Part shown: one piece after another, positions 35,206 through 48,800 of the stretch | How positions within the stretch are numbered: the stretch's first letter is position 1 | Layout of the letters: each line of letters opens with the position of its first letter | Source of the DNA: Phoronis australis | Taxonomy: Eukaryota > Animalia > Phoronida | Assembly (NCBI GenBank): GCA_002633005.1 | Contig: NMRA01000918.1 | Coordinates: forward strand, 27,999 to 91,998 | Direction of reading: 5' to 3' | DNA length: 64,000 bases | The notes under the pieces: model-generated | Told to the model about the DNA's origin: nothing | Database searches by the model: none | Seen by the model: the letters and a program-made list of their open reading frames with translations, nothing else | Translations under genes and position numbers: made by a program

Positions 35206-36291
35206 ACTTCAAACTCAGAGAAACAAAGACACTACTACAACTGTGATAAAGGTATCCTATCAACAGAAACAATTGCTATTAACAACAGAGATTCACAATG
35301 ACTATGGTATAGTAAAATCCTACTAAATCAATTTTGGACGAAAATAATTGCTAAAACTGATCTATTTTCATTTTTGAAAGGTTTCTAACACATGAATGCT
35401 GATAATTTCCAAGAATCGCCGTCTGATAGTAACTATGGTACAAACCTTTAAAAATGATGCAGCGTTTATTTGGAGTAACTTATCTTCAATAAAAAAATTA
35501 ATGAAGAAATAAAATTTCACTCATTGTGTCATAAATTGGCCCAATTTTATTCCTCCCAGAATTCCCCCGAGTACTACCATGAGATACGGACATGCGCAAA
35601 GCGAACCATTCCACGGACTTATCTTCTGGAGGAAGACGTGTTTTTCCTTTGGAAGGTTTTTTCGCGCAAGTTATACCGCGACCACGCTCAATTGCATAAC
35701 TCTTTGCTACTGAGCATTTTCTTCTTATCCTATATAATCATCTTGGAAGTTTTTGGACGACCGAGCTCACCGACTCTGTGTGACTCGGCGGGCCACACCT
35801 TGCCCGGTTTTACCGGCGCAGAGCATTACGACTCTCTATTGGCCTCATCGTATTTTCAGGCCTACCTGCTTTGGGGTTTCCGTGACCCGACACGGACCAT
35901 GTGGAGTGTTTGATAGTTGTCCTATCCTCGTACGCTTAACCTCACCNACTTCAAACTCAAAGAAACAAAGACACTACTACAACTGTGATAAAGGTATCAT
36001 GGCAACAGAAACAATTGCTATTAACAACAGAGATTCACAATGACTACGGTATAGTAAAATCCTACTAAATCAATTTTGGACGAAAATAATTGCTAAAACT
36101 GATCTATTTTCATTTTTGAAAGGTTTCTAACACATGAATGCTGATAATTTACAAGAATCACCGTCTGATAGTAACTATGGTACAAACCTTTAAAAATGAT
36201 GCAGCGTTTATTTGGTGTAACTTATCTTCAATAAAAAAATTAATGAAGAAATAAAATTTCACTCATTGTGTCATAAATTGGTCCAATTTTA
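35206..36291. repeat. Duplicated 344-bp block (35206-35549 and 35948-36291) joined at N35947; first copy followed by a unique GC-rich segment
   Basis: Direct comparison. The block also resembles interspersed repeats at about 27845-28040 and 59855-59940. Confidence 0.8.
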
Positions 36292-36707
36292 CCGCACTTT
36301 CCTATAGTGCGGAATAGTTAACGTAACAACACTCCGTGTTCATATCTGAAATGTAAAATATTTTTAAAACCCTAAAAGTAAACCCTGGTTGTCTGTATAG
36401 CTGCACACTTCATGGAGAGACGAACGGACGGAGGACATATCTTTCACAATTCTATTCCAATAAGCCTCCCAACTTCACTAAGAGGTATTTTCAGTTCCGC
36501 GATTTCAGAAAAAAATTGAAGTGTGCGACAAAAAGAGAGATCTACCAGAACAGTAATAGAGATTTGAAATCAGATCCATCTTCATGTTATAGGTTACGAA
36601 TTGAATCATGGAATTATGTCCCCAAGAAAGTTCCAACACAGGTATCAGTTAACGAGCTGATTTTGCACCCCATCCTCCCCCCCCTATGTGTGACACCCCC
36701 TGCTGAT

Positions 36708-36887
36708 CTAGCTCAGTGCCAAAAAGTGCATGAAGTCTTTTTTGTTCTGGTGAGTGGTACGTGTTGGTCGTCCCAAGTCCTTGCGGCCCCCTCTGGTGGT
36801 GAGAATCTCCAACAAGACTGGACCTTCCATGTCCCTCATCTTCATGACAGACGCTCTAACTTCGTCTTCTGTCACTGCTGTCCACGC
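36708..36887 (-). CDS. ppd: Ppd last exon ([11 protein letters not shown]...GPVLLEI...[23 protein letters not shown], stop)
   Basis: tttcag acceptor; DLGRP..NK..FM motif; TAG stop. Confidence 0.93.
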   Translation of the reverse strand, partial: AWTAVTEDEVRASVMKMRDMEGPVLLEILTTRGGRKDLGRPTRTTHQNKKDFMHFLALS

Positions 36888-39800
36888 CTGAAACGCCAAA
36901 TAGTTGGAGGTTGTTAAATCAAAACTTTCATATAAATTTTACATAAAATAATGGCAATCCACTCAGAGGAGGCTTACACCAGGGCAACCCACAGGTGTAT
37001 GGGTGAAAGTAGATGTGCGGGACTGGATGAGTTTTCAGTGACTGTGAACAAGTTATGAGGTACATTTGAAATACAGCCTCCCTCGCTAACAGGTAGCGGT
37101 GAGCAAGAAATGATTCTACTCATGAGTAAAGTATGTGTGAATGAGCAAACAACACTGGAGAAGACCCACAAACAACATCAGCCGAAATATCATGGCAATC
37201 ACAAGGTTGCAGTGTTGTTTCTTTTCACAAGAGGGAAAAACAAAGTTCTCTCATTGCCACTGGCTGTACGCATGTTGTGGGATCAGAGAATAAATTATTA
37301 ATTGATTTTAATTAAGACAGACAGATGACAGAAAAATAGTCAATCTTTTTCACAACAGGCTATTCCAATTAAAACAATCAACACCACGCGTGCCCTTTGA
37401 CCTCACCTCTTTGTAGCCGCATGCCTTAGCAATGGAGGTGAACGAGAAGTCATTGCCGGCGGCATCTGTTGGCTGACCTCCCACAGAGTCGTGCGCGCCA
37501 TTGTTGAACATGATGTGTTTCAGGTTGGTTATCTTTTTCTGGCCAATGGTTGCCATGGTACCCAGGTGCATGATGGCAGCACCATCGCCGTCTAGACACA
37601 TTACCTGCAGGTGAGAAGACACGTCATTGAAGGGTAATCATCTACAAGACGGCACTCATGAAACAACCATCTAACCTGTATTACAGCATACATTCAGCGA
37701 GCTACTCAGAATTATTAAACCGTGAATGCCCCACGCTGGTGAACAGCATTCTTTCTCAATCTAATCAGATAACAAAAAATGACCCACTACTCACTAGCGC
37801 CACCTGGCAGTCTCCCAATGCATTAGATAACTTACAAGATACATCAAATGGACGTGACAGTTTGCTGGGTACATGCACTACTTAATGTATGAGCTTAGTT
37901 ATACTAGCAACACTCAGTGAGAGCGCATTTTCTGCCGGGCAATTCATAGGAATGTTCATGGCACAGTGGAAAGAACTTAGGCAAACTTGTGACCAGACAA
38001 CATGCCGGGAGGAGATTCTATTCTAACTACCGTATAGTCATAAAACTATTTTGGTGATTCAAGTACGCCAAATGTTCTCCTAAGCATTTTGGTAAGAATT
38101 AATCAGTTTAGGACGTAACATGGCTGACAAGTGGAATTTCTTCTGTATCGAAATGTTTACCAAAATTACCAGTTAGTGTGATCTGAGAATTTGTCATAAT
38201 GTAGCAAGCATTTGGAAATCAGAAAATGATAATTGTTTTAGAATTGTAATAGTCACATGTTCAATTCAACTCTCCTCTCTTGCAAAGGTGAAAAAACGCA
38301 TCATATGATTGACCTACTTTTTGCAAGGTCAGGCCACAAACACACTTCTGATGTGATTACATCGAGTAAAAAATGATTGTTGTATGCAACAGCGAATCAT
38401 AATTATTAGTATTAGAATGACAAACACTGATGTCATAATAATGAATACAACAGCAATGGTACAAGTGACTTCCTTTCGCGCAGCATTGTGGGTAAATATC
38501 ACAGTATCAAAGTTTTTGCTGTAAATATCACAGTTGCTATATATATGAGACACACGTGTATCACCAGCACTTCAGCTGAAATACCGAGGTGGCGATAATC
38601 AAAATCCCAGCAATAGCCAGTATTCATAACACAGGATGGTCCTTCTTCTCTAATTTAACTCTGTGAAACTAGAACACCTGCGTGTTGCTCACCTGTCTAG
38701 TTGGTTTCTGCATAGCCACGCCCATGGCTATTGAAGAGGCATGACCCATACTTCCAACAGTTAGGAAGTCCTTTTCATGACCTTGTTTTAGTTCCACCCT
38801 GTAAACGGAAACGCAGATGTATTAAGCCACGTCGTAGGAAAGGTGAGAATTTGCCCCACTTGTGATTGTGTCTAAGCAAGCCTTCATAAGTTACAGAAGG
38901 TCTAGTTATATCATATTCGAGTTTTCAGCTGAGCAATCCAGCTGTGTTGCACAGCTGAAAGTTTTCAGCGGAATAGGGAGAATAATCACCATGGCGACAA
39001 TTGACATACAGCCAGTAAACGGAATCACAGGCGAGTTGTGAGTGTGTGTGTAATGACGTGCAAAATGCAGCTGACTCTGGCAATTTTCGAAGTGAAAAGG
39101 TAACTAATAAGTAAGACGACTTATTGCTATGAAGCAGATCTCAATTTGTATCTAGCTCCAAAAAGGCTCACAACAAAACTGTTACAATTCACGACACCAA
39201 AACCAGTATGGCAAGAAACAGGTTGGTTCGATGACCGAATGCTAGATGGCGACAGCAATGGGCACGACAGGATTTTAAAGCCTCTATAAGCCCGCATTGC
39301 GTCAAAGAAAAGCACCTTTGATTTGGACAACTCGTTGCAATAAAATTGGACCCAGCTTGTCTCTTACTCAGTAGTGAAGTGATCTCTGGACAAGGAAAGA
39401 ATGGACAAGTTTACTTATTGATCAATACCATTTTCCACATTATAAATGACATGCCATAACAAGCCTACCTTTCCAAGCAAATATAAAAAAACAGTAACTT
39501 CTTTCCAAATCATGAATCATTTCTAAATTGATTAAGGACCAATAACTGAGACTAATAACTGCAACTGGTCTAAATCAAAATTCAATTTTGACGGACAGTG
39601 GGTTTAGAGCAGCTGCAGTGTTCACAGATGACCTGATAGTTATTAGCACAATGCAAGCAATAGGGAAACTAGCTTTGCCTAGTATTTTGCAAAATGACAA
39701 TCAGTCGAGACCAAGAACGACATAGCATCATTTACACACCTGTATTCAAACAGTTCCCTTGACAGCATTCCTGTGGTTGCCACGACAACATCCCTCTGTG

Positions 39801-42800
39801 ACAGGCAGTCAACCACACACTGCATGGCGCCTTCGCGAGACAATGGAACTCTAAAAATGGAAAATTTAATTCACAAAAACAATGAAGTAAATAAATCAAT
39901 ACATAAATATAAAAAAGACATATTTCTGATTTAAAGCCAGCCCAAAATAGTCACATTCCTCCAAACACCTTAATAACGCAAAGTGAATATCAGGAAAACT
40001 TCACCAGATTTCAAAATAATTGATAATATTTGTTTAACTTCGTCAAAAATTGTGATGAGAGTAATAAAATTGTGAATTTCTAAAAATAATAACAAGGTTG
40101 GGCAGTGGGTCAACGTGCTGGTACTTTACAGAATATCAAAACAAAAAATATCACTATAGTATCGAAACGAACAGCGCTCGGTATCCCAATCAATAGCTTG
40201 AAAACTGAAAGTGAGGCTAAATTCAATTTTGCAGCTCAGTCAACTACAACACATAGCAAACCCTGCATGAAGTCCAACTCAAATTTGCAAAGTTCTGTTA
40301 AACTTTACGTTTCCATTGACGGCACTGCACTATGCAAACGTACTGTCTAAGACAAAAGCCGAGGTACAATATTATTTTAAAACATAGTAAACGAAGTTGC
40401 CACATCAGCCCAAACGTTTACTCAACAGCTTTTGTCATGTCTTCAGTCAAAATATGTCGGCCATCTTTGTAGGAAAACTACAGTGCACGTTATATAGACA
40501 TGAGCCTCTAGGAAACTGTTTTTGCAGTTTTGAGAGAGCAGATATAACCATGTGGATGTTATTCTTAATTAACACTCCCCCCCCCAGAAATCACTTCACC
40601 ATTATATCCACCTTCTCATTCACTCCCTCACCCCCAATCTCAACTAAGAGCACGCTCAGTGTAGTGAAACATGTTTGTGCAATGCTGGACTGTCTGCCAG
40701 TAATGCTAGGATATAATCCTGGATCTCCCCATAGGGAACTCTACATTCACTAAGTCGGGATTCGAACCCCAGCCAAATTTCACTGGATTCTTTCATTCTT
40801 TGGGGGTATTAAGATCCCTATGACAAAGGACCCATTGTCGGTGTTGCTCAGGCAGGTTACACAATAGAGGTCCCCAACACACCAACAAAGGAACAGCAGT
40901 AGCAATGGGCGTTATTGTACTACTCTTTTCTTCTGATGTAGTTAACCAATTTTTACGAATCAAATGGTGACATTTTTAATAAAATACTTAGTCTTCATTG
41001 TTCACAATGGCAAAAATGATCCGGAAAGAATGCTACCATGAACAGGCATCACTGATACCCAAACAAAAGAAGACACTCACACAAGTCCAGGCACTTTGGT
41101 AAGTGCCTATAGACCTTAATCACGCAATCGCCATTTTAGCAGTGAGCCTCTTTTTAGGTTTAAGAAACAATACATTTGGGACATGAATATAACGAGGCAA
41201 AAAATCACGCTTTGCACTGTGTTTAAGCGCAAATTGCATTGTTCCCAAAACCTAAAACGAAGCTCACTTTTAAAATGGCGAGAGCGTGAATATGGCATAT
41301 TGTAATTCTGACTGGTAAGAAGCATTCATAGTTACCAGTTGGGAAATGAGATGTGCAGCCTAATGTGAAGCAAAGTACAACTGGTTCACTATCCATAGAA
41401 AAATGCTTTCAGATCACGTGGGACCAGTATTCCAAGAACATCCTCCATGCTGTTGAACTATTACTTCTGCTGAAGCTGTTTAGGAGTTAAAAGAGGGACG
41501 TTTCATCACTAGTATAAGAGTCCAAAGTTCAAACCACTAAACTGTGCTGTGCGCGATTGTGAAGTTAATGAAAAATGAATCTCAACAAACAAATCTGAAT
41601 TTTCAGACACTTACACTTCTTGCTCCCTCGGTAGTTTGTAAGGCAGGAATGTTTGTCGTTTCACCAGCAAACAATATGGCCCCTTGGCACTTTCCATATA
41701 GTGCTTGGCTGTCAACAAGGCCTGACAAAACAAACANAGACCTTAATCACGCAATCGCCATTTTAGTAGTGAGCCTCTTTTCAGGTTTAAGAAACAATAC
41801 ATTTGGGACATGAATATAACGAGGCAAAAAATCACGCTTTGCACTGTGTTTAAGCGCAAATTGCATTGTTCCCAAAACCTAAAACGAAGCTCACTTTTAA
41901 AATGGCGAGAGCGTGAATATGGCATATTGTAATTCTGACTGGTAAGAAGCATTCATAGTTACCAGTTGGGAAATGAGATGTGCAGCCTAATGTGAAGCAA
42001 ATTGTAATTCCGACTAGTGAGAAGAATTCATAGTTACCAGTTGGGAAATGAGATGTACAGCCTAATGTGGAGCAAACTGTAATTCCGACTGGTAAGAAGC
42101 ATTCATAGTTACCAGTTGGGAAATGAGATGTGCAGCCTAATGTGAAGCAAAGTACAACTGGTTCACTATCCATAGAAAAATGCTTTCAGATCACGTGGGA
42201 CCAGTATTCCAAGAACATCCTCCATGCTGTTGAACTATTACTTCTGCTGAAGCTGTTTAGGTGTTAAAAAGAGGGACGTTTCATCACTAGCATCACCTAA
42301 CGAGTATAAGAGTCCAAAGTGCAAACCACTAAACTGTGCTGTGCGCAATTGTGAAGTTAATGAAAAATTAATCTCAACAAACAAATCTGAATTTTCAGAC
42401 ACTTACACTTCTTGCTCCCTAGGTAGTTTGTAAGGCAGGAATGTTTGTCGTTTCACCAGCAAACAATATGGCCCCTTGGCACTTTCCATATAGTGCTTGG
42501 CTGTCAACAAGGCCTGACAAAACAAACAGTACAACATTAATAACACATAATCGTATACACTGTAACTCACACAATGTGTACCTAGTCAGTTGTTAGAGGG
42601 GGAGCATTAAGTTTTGATGCTACATTTCATCAAAAATTACAGCAATCCAAGGATCTCTATTTTTAAGTAAAATGACATCAAAATGGTTGCTTTCCCCTTT
42701 AAGGTGTTCAGTCTATGACACAGTCAGCCAATATCGTTGTACTGTGCACAACAGAAAAATAAGGTTTATATTCATGAATCAAAGAAACGTGAAACAAAGC

Positions 42801-45800
42801 AAATTAACACTTCCTGTTTTCAACGGTAATATTGTTGTCAGAATGGAGGTCATAGGTCATTCCGATTTCATCTTACTTTGAAATCGGCAATTTTGACCCC
42901 CTGCATGACTTATAAGTTGCACTGGATACGGAAACTGAATACTGTCACAGTAAGGAATATAACAAGACCGATTTAATGAAAGTAAAAAGCTCAATTTCAT
43001 TTTCGTTTTCAGCAGCTAACCAGGACAAAATGCTGCTCTAAGTATATTATGAATATGTCAAATGTCAATCTCAATATGGCATGGAAAATAGCTTTAAGTA
43101 GTGCCAAAGAAATGGTTTATTTTCTTCAAGTCTGATTTTTGGAATTAGTTTTGACCAAATTTGTGAGTCTTTACCATAGACAGGTATTCATTCAACACCT
43201 CGGCTGAAGCAGAAAATACACCTACGATGAGGGCTATTACTAAAAAATGAAAATATGCCCTTGAGCACATTTATAGTAATTCGTAGTAAAAACATTCATG
43301 AATGTAATGACTTAGGAGTAAGAATTATTAGTCATCATACACACCATGTGTCGGTCACATCGCGTGACCTATAGTTAAGTCTGAATGTAGGATTTATAAT
43401 CACAAATTTCAGACACAATGCTGGTAATACCCATCAGTCTTATAAACAACACAGACTTCATCAAGGTCAAAAATGAAAACATTCATCACACAGTCTTTTG
43501 TATCCCCTATAGTGACCGTGGATTTGCGTAATTCAATTCGATGTTTTGGGGAGCCTCGGTCAATGAGAAGGTTTAACTTCCATCGTGGACCGAACTTATA
43601 AACACAAATTTAACTTCACAGTAAAAAGAAAGATTGAACAATGAAGCACCAATGCTTTGATGCAGTGTGAAAGGTTATTGGCAGATGTTGCTGTCAAGTA
43701 CGGCAATAGTTGGATATAATGTGCCCGTATGTTTAAGAACTAGTTTGATTTCTATTATACCTAACCATAACCGTCAATCACAGCTATTAAGTCATTATCT
43801 GATTTTTTCCAATATTAAAGACCGCAGTACTATAAGTACATCATTTCATTTATTATCTAATTCTTCGTTTCAAACAAGAGCAACTCAAAGACTTGAAATG
43901 CAACCATGACTGCACAGCAAACGGTGCTTCGGGGGATGTAATATATAAATTAAGCTACACATCTCTGTCAAGGCAATCAAAAATCAGTCAAAGGATTTTG
44001 ACAGTAATAAAGAACAACCAATATCTTTTCAATAGCAAAAATGGCCAACAGGGAGCGCTACAGTTGTCCGATAACCACTAGTGTGTGCGCATCCTAGCCA
44101 TAAACCCTTGAGTCAAGTTTATTAAAAATCTGTCAAGCAGTTTTAACAAACGTCAATGGACAACTAATATCACGTCAAAAACTAAAATGGCCAAAAGGGG
44201 GTGCTACAGTAATAAAACCTAGTCTTCAGGTTTTTATTAAGATGCACAACTCGTGTTGATTTCCATCAGAGAATGGAAATTTTCCGAAATACTACAGCGC
44301 CCTCTCTGATTTACTCACAATGCTGTGCATCCAAGGTGAACTGCTGCCACGTATTCATTATTTTACATAAAATTAGTTTGTCATGTGTCATTCTGCTTAG
44401 AATTAAGCTTTACGTTGCATAAAGAGATGCAATGCAGACAAAAAACATGAAAAGCTGAGCGAGGTGCGATGACACGCTCTTCACATGTCCAACTCATGAT
44501 CAGAGTTTGTTACAGTTAGTGACCTCACATTTTGAAAACTAGGTCAATCAAAGAACATGTCTCGAGTTCTGCGAAAGAAAACACAGGTGATTTTGGAATG
44601 AGGGAATTGTTTCCCTATTACTCAGTGGGAAGAAGAAAAGAAAATGAAATTTTATATTAAAACCAAGGATAGGCGAGGATAACATCAGTACATTTTAGGG
44701 CACTGATAACATTCGCCCATCAATGATGGCTATGAGTTTTGATATGTGTCAAATAGCAGAGGCAGCCATGTGCCTTCCATTCAGATAATGGCTAGACAGT
44801 GATTTTGTTCAGCTTAATATGTATGTTATAATGGTAAATCATTGTCTAGAGGCAATAACATCTTGGGCTCGTAATGCCAGATGTTATCGGAGTGGTGGTA
44901 TAAATCAATTTCCTTGATTGAGCCTTGTGCATAATTTTGCATCAAACGCAAGAGCTGGATTACTAGGCATAGAAAATTAAATAGTAAGCTATTTTCAAAA
45001 CGTGGGTGGGACTGCAACTACAACTGCAACCAGAAAACCTTCACACGAGCGTTTACACCAAATTATTTACTATTTCCTGCAGAATATAAGAATACCTTAT
45101 CTTAAACGTTCAATTTATTTTTTAGCCCATTTATCCACAAGATTATACAATAATTTCATCAAAATCACACATTTTTCACTAAAACATAATGAATTTAAAA
45201 TTCTTTTTAACATTTCGTCTATAATACAACTGCGTGACACCGCAAGAATATTTTGCAAGAAATGTGAAAAAAGACGATTTTTTAGAACAGAAAAATTTAA
45301 AACTGTTAAAAATTGAATGTGTTACCATCCAAGATGAGATACATGAAGGGAACACAGAGAAAGTTTGGTGATCCACTTGATACGAAGCAGACGACAATAT
45401 TTAAGCCACATTGCAAGACATGGAGTGGTGAACATCTGATGAAATAAACAGCCAGGCGATTATAACCTAATCAATAGTTCAACACCTGAGTATGCAGTTT
45501 ATAAGCTTTGGTACAATGCTGTATAAATATACAGCTTTGGAACAATACAGGCAAAGGAGAGCAAAACAAAATCTGACAAAAAATTTACGTCATTAAAAAC
45601 TACATTGAATGTCAGACTTACAAAAACTTATGCACTGTTAAACATGCTAAATATGCTTCATTACGAGAGGACCTCAAATAAAGTTGTGGCGAACAGAAAA
45701 AGTAACCTTCGCTTTAGTGGAACTTGCACGCTAATTCCTTATCTCTGTGATAGCTTGGTCAAATTAGTAGGAAACACAACATATAGCGAAAATGTGAATA

Positions 45801-48800
45801 TGAAGTACGTTGAAAATTGCAAAATGTTTTTTAAGAAAGAGCTTTGTGTCCAAAATGATCAGCCACAAATCACTCAACAGTGTCCAGCAAGTATCATGAA
45901 GTGGTGTTTGGGAATAATACTGCATGATGTAAGCCCCAAGGTATGTCAGTAGTGCAAAGGTCACCTATTTGCAGATTTTTTTGTTTTCACATTTGCAAGT
46001 TGTCAATGAATTCAATTGCACTTTGTTTAGCGTACATGATGTTCAAATAGCATTGTCTTTTAGTTCCTGCTATACATTAGCATAGTTAGGAGCATGCAAT
46101 TATATCTTTAAATAGACAACTTTTTACCCATATCGTTCACTAGCTGTATTTTGATGTTAGCTAACTGTATGAGATTTAAATTAATCTTCTTTCAAAGAGG
46201 GTAACTCATTCATCTTCAAGGTCTGGAATTTTGAAAACCAGTTTGATGCTCAACTGTGGCGAAAACTGGTTCTCAGAGTGGGGGACTCATGTAAGTAATT
46301 ATTATTATTATGGCCTACCGCTGACAATTGTCTCACAGGCTCATAATTTACCATGTTTGTCACACAAGTCGCCTTAAGTGTTTAGCTCTGTCTTAAACCT
46401 CATCAGAGAAGAGAGTATGTCAGGCTGTAAGTCAACGAAAATCGATTTGGAAAATACTGTATCCTCACTGTCAATGTCATGGACACTGTTGCCCTTATTC
46501 ACTTTAATCGTCACCGTCATCATAAACACCATCACCATCACCACCATCATCATAAGCACCATCACCACCATCATTATAAGCACCATCACCACCATCATTA
46601 TAAGCACTATGACCCAACGACACTCACCTGCTCTGCCCCCTCCTGATAATCAGGCAGGGGCTGGAATGGTATCCCCAAGGCAGCCAGCAGTCCGGGCGTG
46701 GCTTGACCCTGCACCAAATGTTGTGGTTCATCTCTCTTGCCCGGCTCACCACGCCAACCGACCAACAGCAACATGGGAATGCTATAGACAGATGGTACAG
46801 CTAGTGACATCACTGGGTTGACGATGTTGCCCAGGCCAGAGTTCTGCAAGACATGAGTGGCTCTCGTTGGAACTTCCTTTTTCTGCTATTTACCCACCAT
46901 GTGTGGTCCTTACTATCAAATAATATTTCCCACCACAAAAGTAGGATAACACTGTATGTGGACATATAACTTGTGAAATAATTCAGGGGTTGTTTTTGTA
47001 GAAAAATAGTAACCGTCACCTCATCGTACCTGCTGCTTTTAAATAAATTTTAAAAAGTACAAAAAACAGACATACAGCAAAGCACAAATATACAGCACAA
47101 ATAATTTTTAATGTACTTTTAATGCATTTTTTAAGCAAAAAGAGTCACCGTTTTTCAATTCAAACAGTTACCAAGGCAACTCAAATCACTACAATCAATT
47201 TTCTAATTGTAACAGCCGGCAGACGTTAATAACAGTGTCTGCATGCTGACAGATGCCACGTCACCTTCAGTAAGCTGCACCCTCTACACAGATAACAACA
47301 CATGGCTGGCTCTAATCTAAGTGTCCTTATCAGCCCCCATTCCAGATCCTTGTAATTTTTAAGCTGCAATTCCAGCAGTGACATTGTTTGAATTTTCATC
47401 TTAGACAGGTTTAACTCCGCAGAACAAACACAGAGAGGGTGTATGAGTTTAGGTAAAAGATTGATTGGAGTGTTTATGCAGTCCTAAGACCTGTGGTATA
47501 AACAGCTACTAGTAACACAGGTATTACAAATGACTAGGGACTGTGTGTGATGAGACAGCTGGTAATAAATCAATAACTTGGCCATCGCAGACGCATTGTT
47601 ATCACAGCTAATGGTAAAAACGAGATATTAAGGGAGTTTAACATTATTGCTGAATTTTTCCAAATTTCGATATATTTTTTATTTTCGTCTTCGCCGGCTA
47701 CAAATCTGCAAAACAAAATGTGGAGGCACATCTGGCAAAAATTTGAAGTTTAACAGGTTAATGAAAAGTCACATTTGATAACTAAGGATCGAAATCTCTT
47801 TTGAAAACGGATCAATTTCACTGAACGATGTCAGTTTTATATATTTATATGTTTCATGGTTTATTGATTAACTTACGAGAAAGTTTTGCATTAATGTTGA
47901 ATTTTTAATAATTTTGATATTTTGTATTTGGTCTTTGCCGGCTACAAATCTCCAAAACAAATTGGGGGTCCCTGAATTAGTTATTCCTCAACAGAGGCAC
48001 CTCTGGCAAAAATGTGAAACTAAATGGGATGTTGAAAAGCCAGTATCTATTGAAATCCTTTTCCAAACACATTAATTTCACTGCACAGTTTCATAGAAAT
48101 CCACCCACGAAATACTTAGAGACTTGGGGGGCACTGGGGTTGAGCGATCCGTCCAAAAGTCGTCATCTAATGCCAAATTTCACATGATCAGGGCTTGGAA
48201 TGACCAATGACAAAAAACGCGGAAACTTTGAAACTTTTATGGCCCAAATCATGCCCGATAAACAGTCTTGAAATGGTCAATGTGAACCTTTCGCCGACAA
48301 AAATCGGGAGGACTAAAAAAAAAAAAAACTTTACCACCATCAGTAGCATGCGTCTGCGTCCTTTTAGCTCGCCCGTGCACTCCCAACCCACACATTTTTG
48401 GCTGCAGAGCGGTAGTATTTGCCGCCGCGCTTAACAATAACACGAGACGCCACTGAAAATCACATCACGCTGTCCCAGATGCCCCGGCAATGTTGACAAT
48501 TTACGTTCCTCCGAAACATAAAGAGCAACTTCCGCTTTTCGAGATGAACGTCGTCTGCAACGCCGCGGTAAGAAAGGAATAAGAAAGGAATTTGCCGCGG
48601 AAATTTTATATCAAATCCGATTTTTTTACGCGGAAATATTATAAAAAAAGCGGAAAGCACATTTGAAAAAAGCGGAAATCCGCGTTCCGCGGAAAATTCC
48701 AAGCCCTGCATAATACAGCCACGGACGCTGGTTGGGTGGATGCTAGACAGAGGTAATGCCAATATGTGGCCATTTAATGCACAATACACTCACCTGAAGA

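Larger units (their letters stand above)
41111..42528. repeat. Tandem duplication (41111-41736 and 41738-42528) across N41737, with a 75-bp VNTR (1 vs 3 copies; array 41927-42151)
   Basis: Near-identical copies; unit ttgtaattctgactggtaagaagcattcatagttaccag... starts at 41927, 42002 and 42077. Confidence 0.85.

Noticed and set aside
41927-42151. Regularly spaced repeats as a CRISPR array
   Set aside because: Head-to-tail 75-bp units without unique spacers, in a eukaryotic intron with no cas genes.
46374-46627. Met/Val-rich or Thr/Ile-rich ORFs
   Set aside because: Products of the CAT/CAC microsatellite in the intron.
46628-46843. Sulfopyruvate decarboxylase or acetolactate synthase assignment
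   Set aside because: [20 protein letters not shown] and DLGRP fit Ppd better; the protein lacks the middle domain length of ALS.
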